In this document: positions 10,771 to 21,540 of the stretch, in pieces
How the letters are laid out: every line of letters starts with the position of its first letter
Position numbering within the stretch: the stretch's first letter is position 1
Source of the DNA: Andalucia godoyi And28
Lineage: Eukaryota; Protista; Jakobida
DNA: 64,000 bases
Assembly (NCBI GenBank): GCA_009859145.1
Contig: VRVR01000026.1
Location: 1 to 64,000 of the forward strand
Reading direction: 5' to 3'
Translations under genes and position numbers: made by a program
The notes under the pieces: model-generated
Database searches by the model: none
The model's input: the letters and a program-made list of their open reading frames with translations, nothing else
What the model was told of the DNA's origin: nothing

Positions 10771-11170
10771 CGACGGTTTGACCATTTTGTGTATGAACAT
10801 CAGTCAATGTCACATCGGAAGTTTACTTTCACCTATCCCTATGGGGGACGCGATGCTCTCCACCGTCGTCGTCAAGTCTAGAAGTTTTTCATTCTTCAGG
10901 TTTCTTTTTCCCCTTTCTATTACTTTCTGTTTGTTTGTTTTTTATAATCAAACTCTCAAACAGACAAAACATCTCATGGCTTCAACGAGGGATCTTGTCG
11001 AAAAACGCAAACCGGCCATGCCCGAAGATGCCAAGAAACTCGAGGGTCAGAAGCTGCGTGATACGAAGCGCATTACGCGAGATATGCAAATGGAAGGAAG
11101 CAAGGGAACATAAAAATAAAATTGCCTTTGCAGATGGACCTGGAAAAAGACGTTCGTACCAGTAAGATAC
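10771..11170 (+). mobile_element. Dispersed repeat D1, probable decayed 5' fragment of a Fanzor element
   Basis: About 280 bp aligns by eye with 32690-32990 (minus): ttgaccRttttgtgtat, ccctaYgggggac, aaacatctcat, caaaccggccatgccc. Begins at CCG 10770-10772. Contains a 45-aa ORF (10976-11113) and a possible frameshifted DPGxRTF remnant near 11130-11155. Right boundary approximate. Confidence 0.5.
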
Positions 11171-11197
11171 CCCCCACAGGCAGGAGACGACGACTCG

Positions 11198-13312
11198 CTA
11201 CTTGGACGATTTCCGGAATTTCACTGCTTGAATTACGGATGGCGGTAGTGTCTTGATGAGGCCAAGCACCTCGTCAAGCTCTTCTGGCTTTGCATCTGCA
11301 AGACGAATGACATCTTCAAACACAAGGGACACGCGATTCCCTTGTCCTTGGTCGGAAAGATAGCCACACGTGGTTTGCATGTACCGGGCATCTGCCGACA
11401 GCTGCAGCAAGCCTAAACTCGAGAACTGCGGGACATTTTCAACGCAGTGCAAAAACACGTCCAAACTACGCGAACATACCTCTTCGAGAATCGAAACTCC
11501 TTCGGCGGCACCCAGAGACTCCACTTGCTCAGGAAGACTCAGCAAGTAGTCTCCAACAACCGTGATCTGATCACTTGGCGGAGGCGCAAATGTTGGCAGT
11601 TCATACGGCGATTCTTCAGGCTGTGCAATCCATAACGGAGAGGAAGAGTACGACTCCGTAAACACTCGAACCGGCGCAATCATACATTCCAAAATCGCCT
11701 TATTCAGGGCGCCGCGCAAACCAGACCATTCTTCAACAGCTCCTGGAAAAAGATCCTTCCCTCCCGCAACAAGCAGCTCTGTCTTGTGAATCAAGATCTT
11801 GAACTGCTGTGGTGCTTTGCTGCAGATGTAAGCAGCAATGGGCACAGGATTGAGCGATATCTGCTTCAAGGCCTCGTCGATCTTCGACATGCAAAAACTA
11901 CTATACTGTGCAAGCGAAGCGCGCCATTCGGAAACGAACTGGTAATCTATTATCAATCCCTTTAGAGAATTCCATGTCGCATCAATCACGATCTTCGGTT
12001 CCGCCAGACCTTGGCCAACCGTGAAATGCAACCTTTGGGCCGCGCTGTCCTTGCTGCGCTTGCTGAGCACTTGTACGATCAACGAGTCGGCAAATGCCAT
12101 TGTTTGAGGCAAAAACAACCCATAAGAGAGGGAAAACTGAGCCGACACAAACCGAGAAACAACGTCCAGAATAGTTCGGAGATCTGCATTCTGACTGCGC
12201 AGCTTTTCCGCTTCCGCTCGAGGAAACATCTCCAGAAAGCTAATGAAGGGATCATACACAAGACCCAGTATCCTGGAAGTCGGTACATCCGGAATGGCAT
12301 TCGACAATTCTTGGGGAAACGCGTTCCAAAGAGAACACATTTCTTGCAAGTCATCGAGAGCAGATCGAGAGGAGCGATGAACCCTTGCGAAAAACTCTGC
12401 AATTCTCATCTCCTCCAGGACGATAGAAATGAGAAGAGACAATGGAGAGGCCGAGATATCTTCAAACACAGAGGACAGCCACGCATGCTCGTCCTTGAAA
12501 AACGCTATCGCGGATTCCAGATAGTGCGAAAAGGAGGAAACTTTGGACGAGTCGACCATAGTCCATTCATCGAGAACCACTCGTTTCCGTTCATCCGCGT
12601 ACTTTCGATTGACCTTTGTGGCATCGATGGCTCGAAACATTGCCGCATATGGCTTTGCAAGATCTGGTAACCGAGCGCGAAGCGATTCGACAAATGCAGG
12701 TTCCAGGATGCGCTCCAAGCGCTCCTGGTATTCCTTGAGCCGCGCGTTAACGTAGGAAAACTGTGGGAAAGGCTCCAGTATTCTCATCGAATTTTCGAGT
12801 TTGCTTAATTGAACGGATATGCCTTGGTACTCGGAGCCGTGGAAGGCAAGCTCCAATTCATCGATGTTGCTCGAGACAAACAATGCCTCGCGCAAGACAT
12901 TCTCGCATTTTTCCAGCTTCGCGTACACCCTGTCAATCGATGCGATTTCCGAAATCGACTCGTCATTCAGCGCGAGGACATGAAAGTTTTGGGAAGCAGC
13001 AGCAGAGTTTTCTGCAGAGAGGCGAAAATTCTTTGCCAATTTCTCCAGAACACCCTTCAGCGACTGTGCATCCCTTCGAACGCGATCCAATTCCATGGTA
13101 ATTCTCGGAACCCTTGTAACCATCACCGCCGAAGATTCCTCAAGAGACCGAGAAATGTCGCGGAATTGGTGGGCAAGACGAGACAGCGTCGTTGAAATCA
13201 GCGTGTCGATTTCTGGAAACGATGGGTTCTGGCCAGGAGCGGCTTGTCGAAAGATGCTGTTTACATACTCTAGCGCCGAGAACTCCGGATCTGCAAATGA
13301 TGATGAGTCCAT
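11198..13312 (-). CDS. COG7: Conserved oligomeric Golgi complex subunit 7
   Basis: N-terminal FADPEFSALEYVN...RVPRITMELDRV and C-terminal LPTFAPPPSDQITVVGDYLLSLPEQVE match the COG7 pattern. Start at MDSSS. Confidence 0.86.
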   Translation of the reverse strand: MDSSSFADPEFSALEYVNSIFRQAAPGQNPSFPEIDTLISTTLSRLAHQFRDISRSLEESSAVMVTRVPRITMELDRVRRDAQSLKGVLEKLAKNFRLSAENSAAASQNFHVLALNDESISEIASIDRVYAKLEKCENVLREALFVSSNIDELELAFHGSEYQGISVQLSKLENSMRILEPFPQFSYVNARLKEYQERLERILEPAFVESLRARLPDLAKPYAAMFRAIDATKVNRKYADERKRVVLDEWTMVDSSKVSSFSHYLESAIAFFKDEHAWLSSVFEDISASPLSLLISIVLEEMRIAEFFARVHRSSRSALDDLQEMCSLWNAFPQELSNAIPDVPTSRILGLVYDPFISFLEMFPRAEAEKLRSQNADLRTILDVVSRFVSAQFSLSYGLFLPQTMAFADSLIVQVLSKRSKDSAAQRLHFTVGQGLAEPKIVIDATWNSLKGLIIDYQFVSEWRASLAQYSSFCMSKIDEALKQISLNPVPIAAYICSKAPQQFKILIHKTELLVAGGKDLFPGAVEEWSGLRGALNKAILECMIAPVRVFTESYSSSPLWIAQPEESPYELPTFAPPPSDQITVVGDYLLSLPEQVESLGAAEGVSILEEVCSRSLDVFLHCVENVPQFSSLGLLQLSADARYMQTTCGYLSDQGQGNRVSLVFEDVIRLADAKPEELDEVLGLIKTLPPSVIQAVKFRKSSK

Positions 13313-13323
13313 GGTGGATAGAC

Positions 13324-13401
13324 AGCAACAGCAACAACAACAACTTCTCCACTCAGAGGAGAGCAACAGCGTGGGAAATGGAAGAAGAAGAAGAAGAAGA
13401 A

Positions 13402-13446
<45 letters not shown>
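13324..13446. repeat. Compound trinucleotide microsatellites (CAA/CAG, GAA, GAT)
   Basis: Directly visible; produces the poly-H, poly-M and poly-D pseudo-ORFs upstream of COG7. Confidence 0.9.
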
Positions 13447-13748
13447 GAAAGAGGATGGAAGAACAAACTCCACGCCCAGCTCGCACTGTGCCTCATATCG
13501 TGAATGCAGCAACGCATGTCCAGTTCCTACTTCGTCAAAAGTCCGGCACTGTAATATTAAAAAAAAACGTGTGTCTCGAGAACGGCTCTCCTTTTCTTCT
13601 TTTCCCCCAATTATTTTTTCAACGCCCATGCACAACAGCCACAAAACAAACACAAAACAAATACAAAACACAATAATAATAATAATAATAAAATCTATTG
13701 TTTTCATTAAAGAAGAAGAATGGGTCCAAACGGACGGAAAACAAAGAG

Positions 13749-15611
13749 CTAGTGGATGCCGAGGTGGAAAGACGGCGGTGAATACTGTTCTTGCAGTCTG
13801 CGTATGCGACGAATGCGCTGCGACGGCAGAGGAGACGTTCTTGGGAGATACTGGGGAATCGGAATCTCTGGTGAGCCACCACGCACTGCCGAATCGTTGG
13901 ATGTTCTTCGGCCATCCTTCCGACCGCTTCCAGGAGGTGCGGACGGCTGAATTGCCGCAAGTTCCTTCTCCATTTCAATGCTGATGGCACGGGAAATCGT
14001 TCTTCTGCTGGCAGTGCGTGATGGAGGACTGTTCGTCGAACTCACGGTGTTCACCGTCGGAAGATCCGCGGCAATCACCGCGGGGAGGGCATGCTTCTTG
14101 TCTCTGGGAGATGCAGTAGGAGTGATCTGCTCCCCTCCAGCAGCAGATGGAAACGAGCTCAGTGCACTCTGCACATCTTGTTCAAACGCGGCTGTCTCTT
14201 TGCGGCTGTCAAGAACAAGATCGTAACCGTAAATGTCACGATGCAAAGGCTTCACTCGTCTGGTTCCGGTGTGCGGCTTGCTCTCTACTTTGCTGCTCTT
14301 CGATTTGGCATCCCCAGCGAACAACAAGGTCTGTTGCGACGGAAGCGTATATTTTCTGTCTTCCACGTGATCGAATATTTCAGACTTTGGAGACTTGTAA
14401 TGCTGGTATGCAACGGTCTCGTCCATGTAGTGGTGACGATCATCGCCCTCTGTCGAACTTTTGCGCGGCGAGGTGAACCGTACCTTTTTCGACTCTGCGT
14501 CCTCGTCAATTTCGCCACGAACAACTGCTTCACTCCTCGACGGCTGTCTCTTGTGGACAGTCATCTTCGTCGTCCTCGACGGAAGATCCCAAACCCCCGC
14601 TTCGGTCTGGCGCACGTACACCTCGTACGGATCCGCCAACGTCCCGCCATACGAGTGTGTACTCTCTGCCTTTTCCACTTCCTTTTCGTCGTCAAATCGG
14701 ATTCCTCCGAAAGAATATTTGATGCGGTCCAGTTCAGTCCTAAACCGCCCTCCCTCAGACCATGTCAGGCGCATTGCAGTCAAAAAATCTGCGTATTCGT
14801 TTGCATCAACCGAGTCAGTCCAGATATCTGCGAGCTCAAACAGGCATGTGGTGAAGGCGACCTTGTCGAGTTTGTGATCGTTTGTCGTCGCACAATCCGA
14901 TGCGTAGTCCTCGAGCGCCGTTTCCACACGTTGCCGGAACGACAGGTTCGGCAGCAACACATTGTACACGCACGAGAACATGGCAACATACTCCCTGCGC
15001 GACACAGCAGAGATATTCGGAACAAGACTCCGGAGTGCAATCCACCACTTTTCAGATGCCTCGCCGACCAACACGGATTTCCTTACGCGTTCCCGAGCAC
15101 GTAAATTGTCCACCGAATAGAAACTATCGTCGCCTTCCTTCCTTTTGTCGCCGACACGGACAGACAGCGAGATTTTGTTGGAAGCAATTAGCTCCGCGAT
15201 CACACCCTTCATTTTCAAATGTTTTTCCTTTCGGTGTGCCATCTTGATGTTTGCAATGAATGTAGTAACGCCAGCCAGTGCTGCCAGTGCGCGAGGCGAA
15301 TTCTTGGGAGACTCGGCATCTTGAGAAACGGATGAAGAGAGCGACCGTGGAGTGGACCCATCACCACGATTTGTTGGAGAAACTGCTTCATTCTGCATCT
15401 TTCTTGCAGCGACGGCCTTTGCGGACAAGATGATTAAGGGACTGAGTGCATTTTTCCCAGCTCCAAACGAAGATGATGAGGCGGACGAGGAACTAGGAGA
15501 AGACGAAGACAAACCCGAAGAGTGCAAAGAACTGATTGAGGAAGTCGCCCCATCCGAAGTCTTGGAAAGCGATTTTGATGCAGAGACAGCCAGCAACAGT
15601 GACCTCCACAT
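13749..15611 (-). CDS. Hypothetical protein with an EF-hand-like central domain and low-complexity flanks
   Basis: Long ORF; the central segment DHKLDKVAFTTCLFELADIWTDSVDANEYADFL resembles an EF-hand-associated motif of uncharacterised protist proteins. Confidence 0.6.
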   Translation of the reverse strand: MWRSLLLAVSASKSLSKTSDGATSSISSLHSSGLSSSSPSSSSASSSSFGAGKNALSPLIILSAKAVAARKMQNEAVSPTNRGDGSTPRSLSSSVSQDAESPKNSPRALAALAGVTTFIANIKMAHRKEKHLKMKGVIAELIASNKISLSVRVGDKRKEGDDSFYSVDNLRARERVRKSVLVGEASEKWWIALRSLVPNISAVSRREYVAMFSCVYNVLLPNLSFRQRVETALEDYASDCATTNDHKLDKVAFTTCLFELADIWTDSVDANEYADFLTAMRLTWSEGGRFRTELDRIKYSFGGIRFDDEKEVEKAESTHSYGGTLADPYEVYVRQTEAGVWDLPSRTTKMTVHKRQPSRSEAVVRGEIDEDAESKKVRFTSPRKSSTEGDDRHHYMDETVAYQHYKSPKSEIFDHVEDRKYTLPSQQTLLFAGDAKSKSSKVESKPHTGTRRVKPLHRDIYGYDLVLDSRKETAAFEQDVQSALSSFPSAAGGEQITPTASPRDKKHALPAVIAADLPTVNTVSSTNSPPSRTASRRTISRAISIEMEKELAAIQPSAPPGSGRKDGRRTSNDSAVRGGSPEIPIPQYLPRTSPLPSQRIRRIRRLQEQYSPPSFHLGIH

Positions 15612-16320
15612 GCTCCTACTTTTTATTTCCACTTAAAAATCCCAGATTGAGCAAAGAAGGCGACAAAATCGCAGAAGCTGAATCGAATGAGACCAATGAC
15701 GAATTACCAATTGCTTCCACGCACACGAAAACAAACAATGAATATGGTCGCTGTACTGTGGGGAACTTGCTTGAAATTCTTGTGAGGGCGAAGGAGCATT
15801 CGGGAGAGCGAGGGAAATAAAACCAGCGCTCACCCACAAATCGGTTTCTTTTTCATTTTTTCTTTTATTCTTTCGTTTGGCTGTTTTGTTTTTTCCTTTT
15901 TGGCTGACAGGTTTTCTCGTTCTCCTACCGAATGCTTTGCTCCGACGTTCTGGTCCATCGATGCGAGCACGCAGACATGCTGACAAGTGATGAGGTGCCA
16001 AGCATCAAAAGATTGGTCTGGCTTTCAACGGAACTACAGAAAAGATGCGGAAAGCGGGCGTCGACCGTAGTTCTCAGGACGGAGTCTTTTGTCGAGCACG
16101 AAAAAAACGCTGCCCTCAATGAAAAAGATGGGGTTTTTCCCCTTGGTTTTCCAGCTTCCCTTCCCTTCCTTCGTTTTGTCACGCCATTCCTTCTATTTCT
16201 AGCTTTCCTTTTGCCGTTCTTTCCTCTGTCCCCCTGCTCTCGGTGCTTTCTTCCGGTGTTGCCGATTATTTTTTTTGTTTTCCCTCCTTTGTTTTTTCCC
16301 CTTTTGGAAACGGTTTGAAA

Positions 16321-16854
16321 ATGACTCCATCTACAACCGGCTGCGTGCTTTCTGCTGGTGAAATCAAGAATGCTGTTGCTGCAGGTGATGTTTATATTTC
16401 GAATTTCGATCCATCTCGACTCGGCCCTGCGTCGTATGATCTGTCTCTTGGCAATGAGTTCCGTGTGTTCCGCGCTGGCGTGGGAATTGTCGACATCAAG
16501 GAAACGACGGACTACAAGACGATTACAGAGCGTGTGAATCTGGAGCCAGGCAAGCCATTTATTCTTCCTCCGCAACAGCTTTGCCTTGGGATCACAGAAG
16601 AGGAGGTGAGCCTTTCTCCTCGAATCTGCGGTCTCCTCGAAGGACGATCTCGATTCGCTCGCCTTGGACTTGTCATCCACATCACCGCGTCGTTTATGAA
16701 CCCGGGAATCAAGAACCGACAAGTTCTCGAAATTTTCAATGCTTCGTCAAACCCGCTTGCTCTCTATCCTGGCGAGCGCGTGTGCCAGTTTGTATTTATG
16801 CGCATGGACGGCGAGGCGTCGTATGCCGGAAAGTTCCAGAAACAGGATCTCTAG
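16321..16854 (+). CDS. dcd: dCTP deaminase
   Basis: PASYDLSLG, LEGRSRFARLG, FMNPG...QVLEI, LYPGERVCQFVF and YAGKFQKQ motifs. Confidence 0.92.
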   Translation: MTPSTTGCVLSAGEIKNAVAAGDVYISNFDPSRLGPASYDLSLGNEFRVFRAGVGIVDIKETTDYKTITERVNLEPGKPFILPPQQLCLGITEEEVSLSPRICGLLEGRSRFARLGLVIHITASFMNPGIKNRQVLEIFNASSNPLALYPGERVCQFVFMRMDGEASYAGKFQKQDL

Positions 16855-17104
16855 AGCTTCTCACATCGATCGCAAACCCATCACTCGTTCGCATGCATGC
16901 ACGCACTCACAAACACACATACATACACCAGGACTATGATGATAATGATGGTGGTGATGCCGATGCCGAGGAGACAGAAACACATACAGCAAAGCAGACC
17001 AAACGTAAAACTTATATTAAAAAAATAAATAAAAACATTCCAACGCCGCCGTCGCCGAAGAAATTTCTTATAGCAGCAATAGGCGGAACAGGAGGAACAC
17101 TGTG

Positions 17105-17581
17105 CTACACCATCGAGTTCTTGAAACTGCTGTTGGTGACGTAATACTTGGGATCTGAAAGCTTTGCGGCAGCGTCGAGAGACAGGACATACGAAGCAAT
17201 CGCAACATACTTTAGAATGCCCCACAACCACGCATACCAAGTATACCGACCATAAATGGCATAAATGTTGTTGCCGTCGATGAGATTGTCGAGAATGCGA
17301 ATGACGCGGAGAGCCAAGTTCAGGATGAAATACAGAAAAATGACGATGAACGACCATTTAAAGTGCTTGAACAGGGGAGAAAACAGCCCAGCCTGGAAAT
17401 ACAGCGTATGACTCATAAACAAGTATATATTCACAGCCATCCCAATAATCACGAGAATTTGCACAAACAGATAAAACAAGTTGAAAAACACAGGGTCGGC
17501 TGGAGTGTCATTCAGCGTGCCAAAAATAATGTCCACCACAATCAGGAACACGAGCGTTGTAAGCCTGGAACGATAAGACAT
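17105..17581 (-). CDS. TMEM138: Ciliary transmembrane protein 138
   Basis: Multi-TM protein with TLYFQAGLFSPLFKHFK and LSDPKYY motifs. Start at MSYRS. Confidence 0.86.
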   Translation of the reverse strand: MSYRSRLTTLVFLIVVDIIFGTLNDTPADPVFFNLFYLFVQILVIIGMAVNIYLFMSHTLYFQAGLFSPLFKHFKWSFIVIFLYFILNLALRVIRILDNLIDGNNIYAIYGRYTWYAWLWGILKYVAIASYVLSLDAAAKLSDPKYYVTNSSFKNSMV

Positions 17582-17701
17582 GCTCGGGGAAATGTCACAG
17601 ATAAAAAGCAATCTATTGATTAGGAGAGCAGGAAGAAGGAAAACTTGGATGGTAATGCGGATTACAGAAACAGCGATTGCTGGAAAAAACGAGACTGAAG
17701 A

Positions 17702-17732
<31 letters not shown>

Positions 17733-18036
17733 TTCAGGAACGGAATAGTCGAAAAAATCGGGGAAACGAATCCAAAGGATGACAATGACTCAATCAAAAA
17801 AAAAAAAAAAAGAGAGAGAGCTCTTTTCTTTAACGATCACTACAGCATCAATTGATCCTCGGGGGTGCGGACCTCGAATTTTTAGGACAACTCAAGTAAA
17901 AACGGCAGAGCGCATCACGACCCGTGTAGACAGAAAGAGACACAGAGAGACACAGAGAGACACAGAGAGACGCAGAGAGACGCAGAGAGACGCAGAAACA
18001 ACAAGACAGACACAGACACAACCAGACAGAAAGAGA

Positions 18037-18435
18037 ATGGAGGACATGATCAGCTCCCTGGAATCGACATTTAACAAGTGTACTTCCGACTTGTCTGTTG
18101 TGGAATCCAAACTGATGCTGGCATTTCCGTCGGATCCAAGCGCCAATCCTGTCAAGATTGTGGATCGAATCCGACGGGTCTCAGAGCAACTCCCGGTGCT
18201 GCTCGAGCGCCTAAAGTCAATCCAGTCTTCAAAACGCGAGTTCTTCTCGGGTTGCTCAGCGGACCTTCGAGAATCTCAAAAAATGCTTGTGGATCTGCTG
18301 GCGCTGACTAAAGAACGATCTACAAATGCGTCGTCAGACTCTTTGCTGCGAGAACTGGATGTCGCGACCGAACTCGACCAGCTCAACCAGCTGCAATCCA
18401 TGCTGGACTCGGCGTCAAAGACACACCGCTCATGA
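18037..18435 (+). CDS. SKA2: Spindle and kinetochore-associated protein 2
   Basis: MEDMISSLESTFNKCTSDLSVVESKL...NPVKIVDRI matches the SKA2 N-terminal pattern (LE.MF.KA.SDL..I..RL...NPV). Confidence 0.7.
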   Translation: MEDMISSLESTFNKCTSDLSVVESKLMLAFPSDPSANPVKIVDRIRRVSEQLPVLLERLKSIQSSKREFFSGCSADLRESQKMLVDLLALTKERSTNASSDSLLRELDVATELDQLNQLQSMLDSASKTHRS

Positions 18436-18621
18436 CGTCTGCGTCTGTGCACACAGCGTTTTCCATCCCCACAAATGATCGGAGCTGACTTTTCACTATC
18501 ACACGTGTACATGCTTGCGACAGATGTTCTGCAAAAATGAATTGCATTAAATTACATTAAATTATCAAACAAAGACCTCGTTGGGAAGGCTTTCGGTGTT
18601 TTTCCCTTCTGCATACCAATC

Positions 18622-20235
18622 TTACTGCTTGAGATTTCGACGAGCGAGGCGGGCATAGTAATCCGTGACAGACTCGGTGCGAACGGGCTCCAAAGGGCCA
18701 TGCGATCTCCTCCGTTTCGCAGAGGGCGCGTCGTCCTTTGAACTGCCACGCCGGGACTTCGCGGCCTCTGAGTGAAAAATACACCCATTCAGATCCTGTC
18801 GCCCGCAAACGGGACACGGGGGTATGTCCGGCTTTGTGGGGACATAGTATTTGACAGCAAATCCGGAGCGAGAAGACGGGGCCGGATCATCAAATTCAAT
18901 ATCTTCCCGGCGTCTCCCAAGGAACCGGTGGCCGACATCTGGAATTGGATTCAGGGGAACGGGATCCGACAGAAAGTGCACGACAGGGATGTTGTCGGGA
19001 AGCACACGGTCGCTCAAAGTCGAGGATAGCGAGCTCGCTGGCGTGTTCTGTCCCAGTGGCGGTGCATTTGAAGCTGAAGCCAGTCGAGAAAAACCATCGG
19101 AAGGTCGCTGTTCATCCTCCCATTGAATATCCTCTTCGCCGTCCTCTACATTTCCCTGTTTCGAATCCTCCGCAACGTCATTCTGCTTTGCAGATTCCGC
19201 AAGTGAAGCAGTCTGGTGAGCGCGCTTGCCGATACCCATCTTCTCCGCTTCCAGCGCATCGATTCCAACTGCATGGCATTTGAGACGAAACTGGTCCAAC
19301 TGCTCTTGCAGATGAATAAACTCCTTGATAAACGTATCGTCGCCGTTTGATACAGTTGCCTCCTTGATGATCCTTTGCACGCGAGGACGGACCACGTCAA
19401 ACAATTCATGATACAGTTCCAGAGCATTTCGACGCACATCTTCCAGATCCGTCTTGCTTGCTTCGTCCAGCTCGTCCAGCATTTCTGCTACGTCAATCGT
19501 CGTTGGTCCAGCAATGATGACCGGTATGCCATTGTCATCGCTACTTTCATCCCTTCCGTCATCGCTGTCATCATCCTCGCCGCCATTAGCGCTCCCTTCA
19601 CGACTGCCGTCCGTTGCAGCTCTAAAGTGTTTTCCCATTGTCTCCAAGAGACTGTCTGTCCGGGGAACAATAATCTGGAGCGACCGAGACAGCTGGCCAG
19701 AAACGTCGAGACAGCGGTCGCGAACATCCTTTGCTATCTCCACCAGTCGTTCAAACCTGGCACGCTTCCCGGCTGCAACGGCGCGGTCGTGCTCTGTTTT
19801 TTCTGCGATTTGCAATTCCAGTCTCTTTTTCAAGATCGAGAACTGCGGAAACGACTGAGAGTAAGCGGCATCCCACTCCGGTATCACTCGTAACACCTTG
19901 TCGCGCAAAACATCAGCATATCGATGCGGCTGTGAGCACGATTTTGGACCAACACAAATATCCAGAATGTGGTTCCCAAGCGTGGAAACAAGATTGCGCG
20001 CATGTCTCGATCTCTTCACCAGCTCAAGAACAATGCAAAATCCATGAAATCTCAACTGTGCATGCTTGTGCTTTTCCATCTGTGACACCGCCCGGTCGAT
20101 CGCCATTTCGACGAGAACATCTGTGTTTTCTGCATGCTTCAGCAACGAAGTTAGCTTCTTCAACCCGTCGGAGTCCAGATCAAACGTAGCCGACTTTAGT
20201 AAACCATCCACTGCAGCATTGATCTTCTTGTCCAT
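18622..20235 (-). CDS. UVSSA: UV-stimulated scaffold protein A
   Basis: VHS-like N-terminus (MDKKINAAVDGLLKS...QLRFHGFCIVLELVKRS), HRFLG motif and C-terminal CPVCGRQDLNGCIFH Zn motif. Confidence 0.84.
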   Translation of the reverse strand: MDKKINAAVDGLLKSATFDLDSDGLKKLTSLLKHAENTDVLVEMAIDRAVSQMEKHKHAQLRFHGFCIVLELVKRSRHARNLVSTLGNHILDICVGPKSCSQPHRYADVLRDKVLRVIPEWDAAYSQSFPQFSILKKRLELQIAEKTEHDRAVAAGKRARFERLVEIAKDVRDRCLDVSGQLSRSLQIIVPRTDSLLETMGKHFRAATDGSREGSANGGEDDDSDDGRDESSDDNGIPVIIAGPTTIDVAEMLDELDEASKTDLEDVRRNALELYHELFDVVRPRVQRIIKEATVSNGDDTFIKEFIHLQEQLDQFRLKCHAVGIDALEAEKMGIGKRAHQTASLAESAKQNDVAEDSKQGNVEDGEEDIQWEDEQRPSDGFSRLASASNAPPLGQNTPASSLSSTLSDRVLPDNIPVVHFLSDPVPLNPIPDVGHRFLGRRREDIEFDDPAPSSRSGFAVKYYVPTKPDIPPCPVCGRQDLNGCIFHSEAAKSRRGSSKDDAPSAKRRRSHGPLEPVRTESVTDYYARLARRNLKQ

Positions 20236-20569
20236 CCGTTGCTGAAAATACCAAAGACAGAAAGAAAGAAGAAGAAGACTTGAATAACAAAACGAAAAAC
20301 AAAACGGGGAAACGCAAACAATCAGGGTTTGAAAAATGGTATTTCGGCCTGTCGGAACATTTGGATCGCAAAAGAAATATCCGCCAATGCGTTCACTCGA
20401 GTCGTGCCCACTACAGTAAGCACACTGAAAGTTTCCAGGACTACGAAACAAGCAAACAGACGGATGATGATGATGATTGGTGGCGCGGAGTCCAAAAAAG
20501 TGAAGTGCTTCGGTGTGCTTCGGAGTGCTGTGCTGTGCTCGTTGAAAAGAAGAACAAGGCAGGTGCACA

Positions 20570-20670
20570 CAGAACAGAACAGACCAGACCAGACCAGACA
20601 AGACAAGACAAGGAAAGGAAAGGAAAGGAAAGGAAAGGAAAGGAAACAGGAACAGAAATAGGAATAGGAT
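20570..20670. repeat. Pentanucleotide repeats (CAGAA/CAGAC/CAAGA/GGAAA)
   Basis: Directly visible in the short divergent spacer between UVSSA and the FYR gene. Confidence 0.8.
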
Positions 20671-20672
20671 AA

Positions 20673-21308
20673 ATGTCGTCAAGTTTTCGAGTCCAGTCGT
20701 TTGGGATCCCTCGTCGTGCAGACGACCTGCTTCCTCCGGGCTATACGTGTGTTCGCCGATTTCCGTCTTTTACGCAAAAGGGTGAGCAGACTGAGTACAC
20801 TTGTCGGATAACGTCGAATGGCACCAGTCCCGTTCTGACGTACCTGATCGAAGCAGCGGACTGCTCATCAACGGTGATTTCAGAGACGCACATTGACCTT
20901 GTGTATGACTTGCTTCGGCAAAAGGTAGTCGGTGTGCAGCCGGAAACGATGCTGAAGAGCCTCGAGATCAGCACACTTGGGGCATGGAATGGAAAGAGGT
21001 TCTTTGGGCTCTCAGACGAAAAAGTCATTTCTCAAATCGCGGAACATTACGAGTCGCTGCCGTCTGAATTAAAGGTTGTGGATCCAACCTTCGTTCCTCC
21101 CTCGGCAAACCCTCCCCCCGCGAAAAAGTCGCGATCATGCAGACCGTCCAATCAACAGAGAATGGCCGCGCTGAGACGAGAAATCGGAAACCAGGTCGAG
21201 AGCATCGTCAACATTGGACTTGGAGTTCTTGTGAAGCGATACGGAAGCTCCCAGCCGGTCCGTGTTTCGCAGATCATCCCTCCAGCTCGAGCAACAAGTG
21301 CAAAGTAA
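20673..21308 (+). CDS. FY-rich (FYRN/FYRC) domain protein, TBRG1-like; possibly spliced to a second exon from 21554
   Basis: LLPPGYTCVRRFPS...YTCRI and NGKRFFGLSDEKVISQI motifs. The stop codon overlaps a GTAAGC donor at 21305. Confidence 0.72.
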   Translation: MSSSFRVQSFGIPRRADDLLPPGYTCVRRFPSFTQKGEQTEYTCRITSNGTSPVLTYLIEAADCSSTVISETHIDLVYDLLRQKVVGVQPETMLKSLEISTLGAWNGKRFFGLSDEKVISQIAEHYESLPSELKVVDPTFVPPSANPPPAKKSRSCRPSNQQRMAALRREIGNQVESIVNIGLGVLVKRYGSSQPVRVSQIIPPARATSAK

Positions 21309-21446
21309 GCGAGCGGTGTGGTTGCAGAAGCAGCAGCTGGATAGTTTTATTTGAAATGGAAATGTGGTTCAAAGAATGATCGGGATGAGATTCATTTTGT
21401 AAAGTAAGTTCACGAGTACGTACTATGAAGGGAGGGCTACATTCCC

Positions 21447-21449
<3 letters not shown>

Positions 21450-21540
<91 letters not shown>
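21450..21540. repeat. (CT)n microsatellite
   Basis: Directly visible, about 90 bp. Confidence 0.95.
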
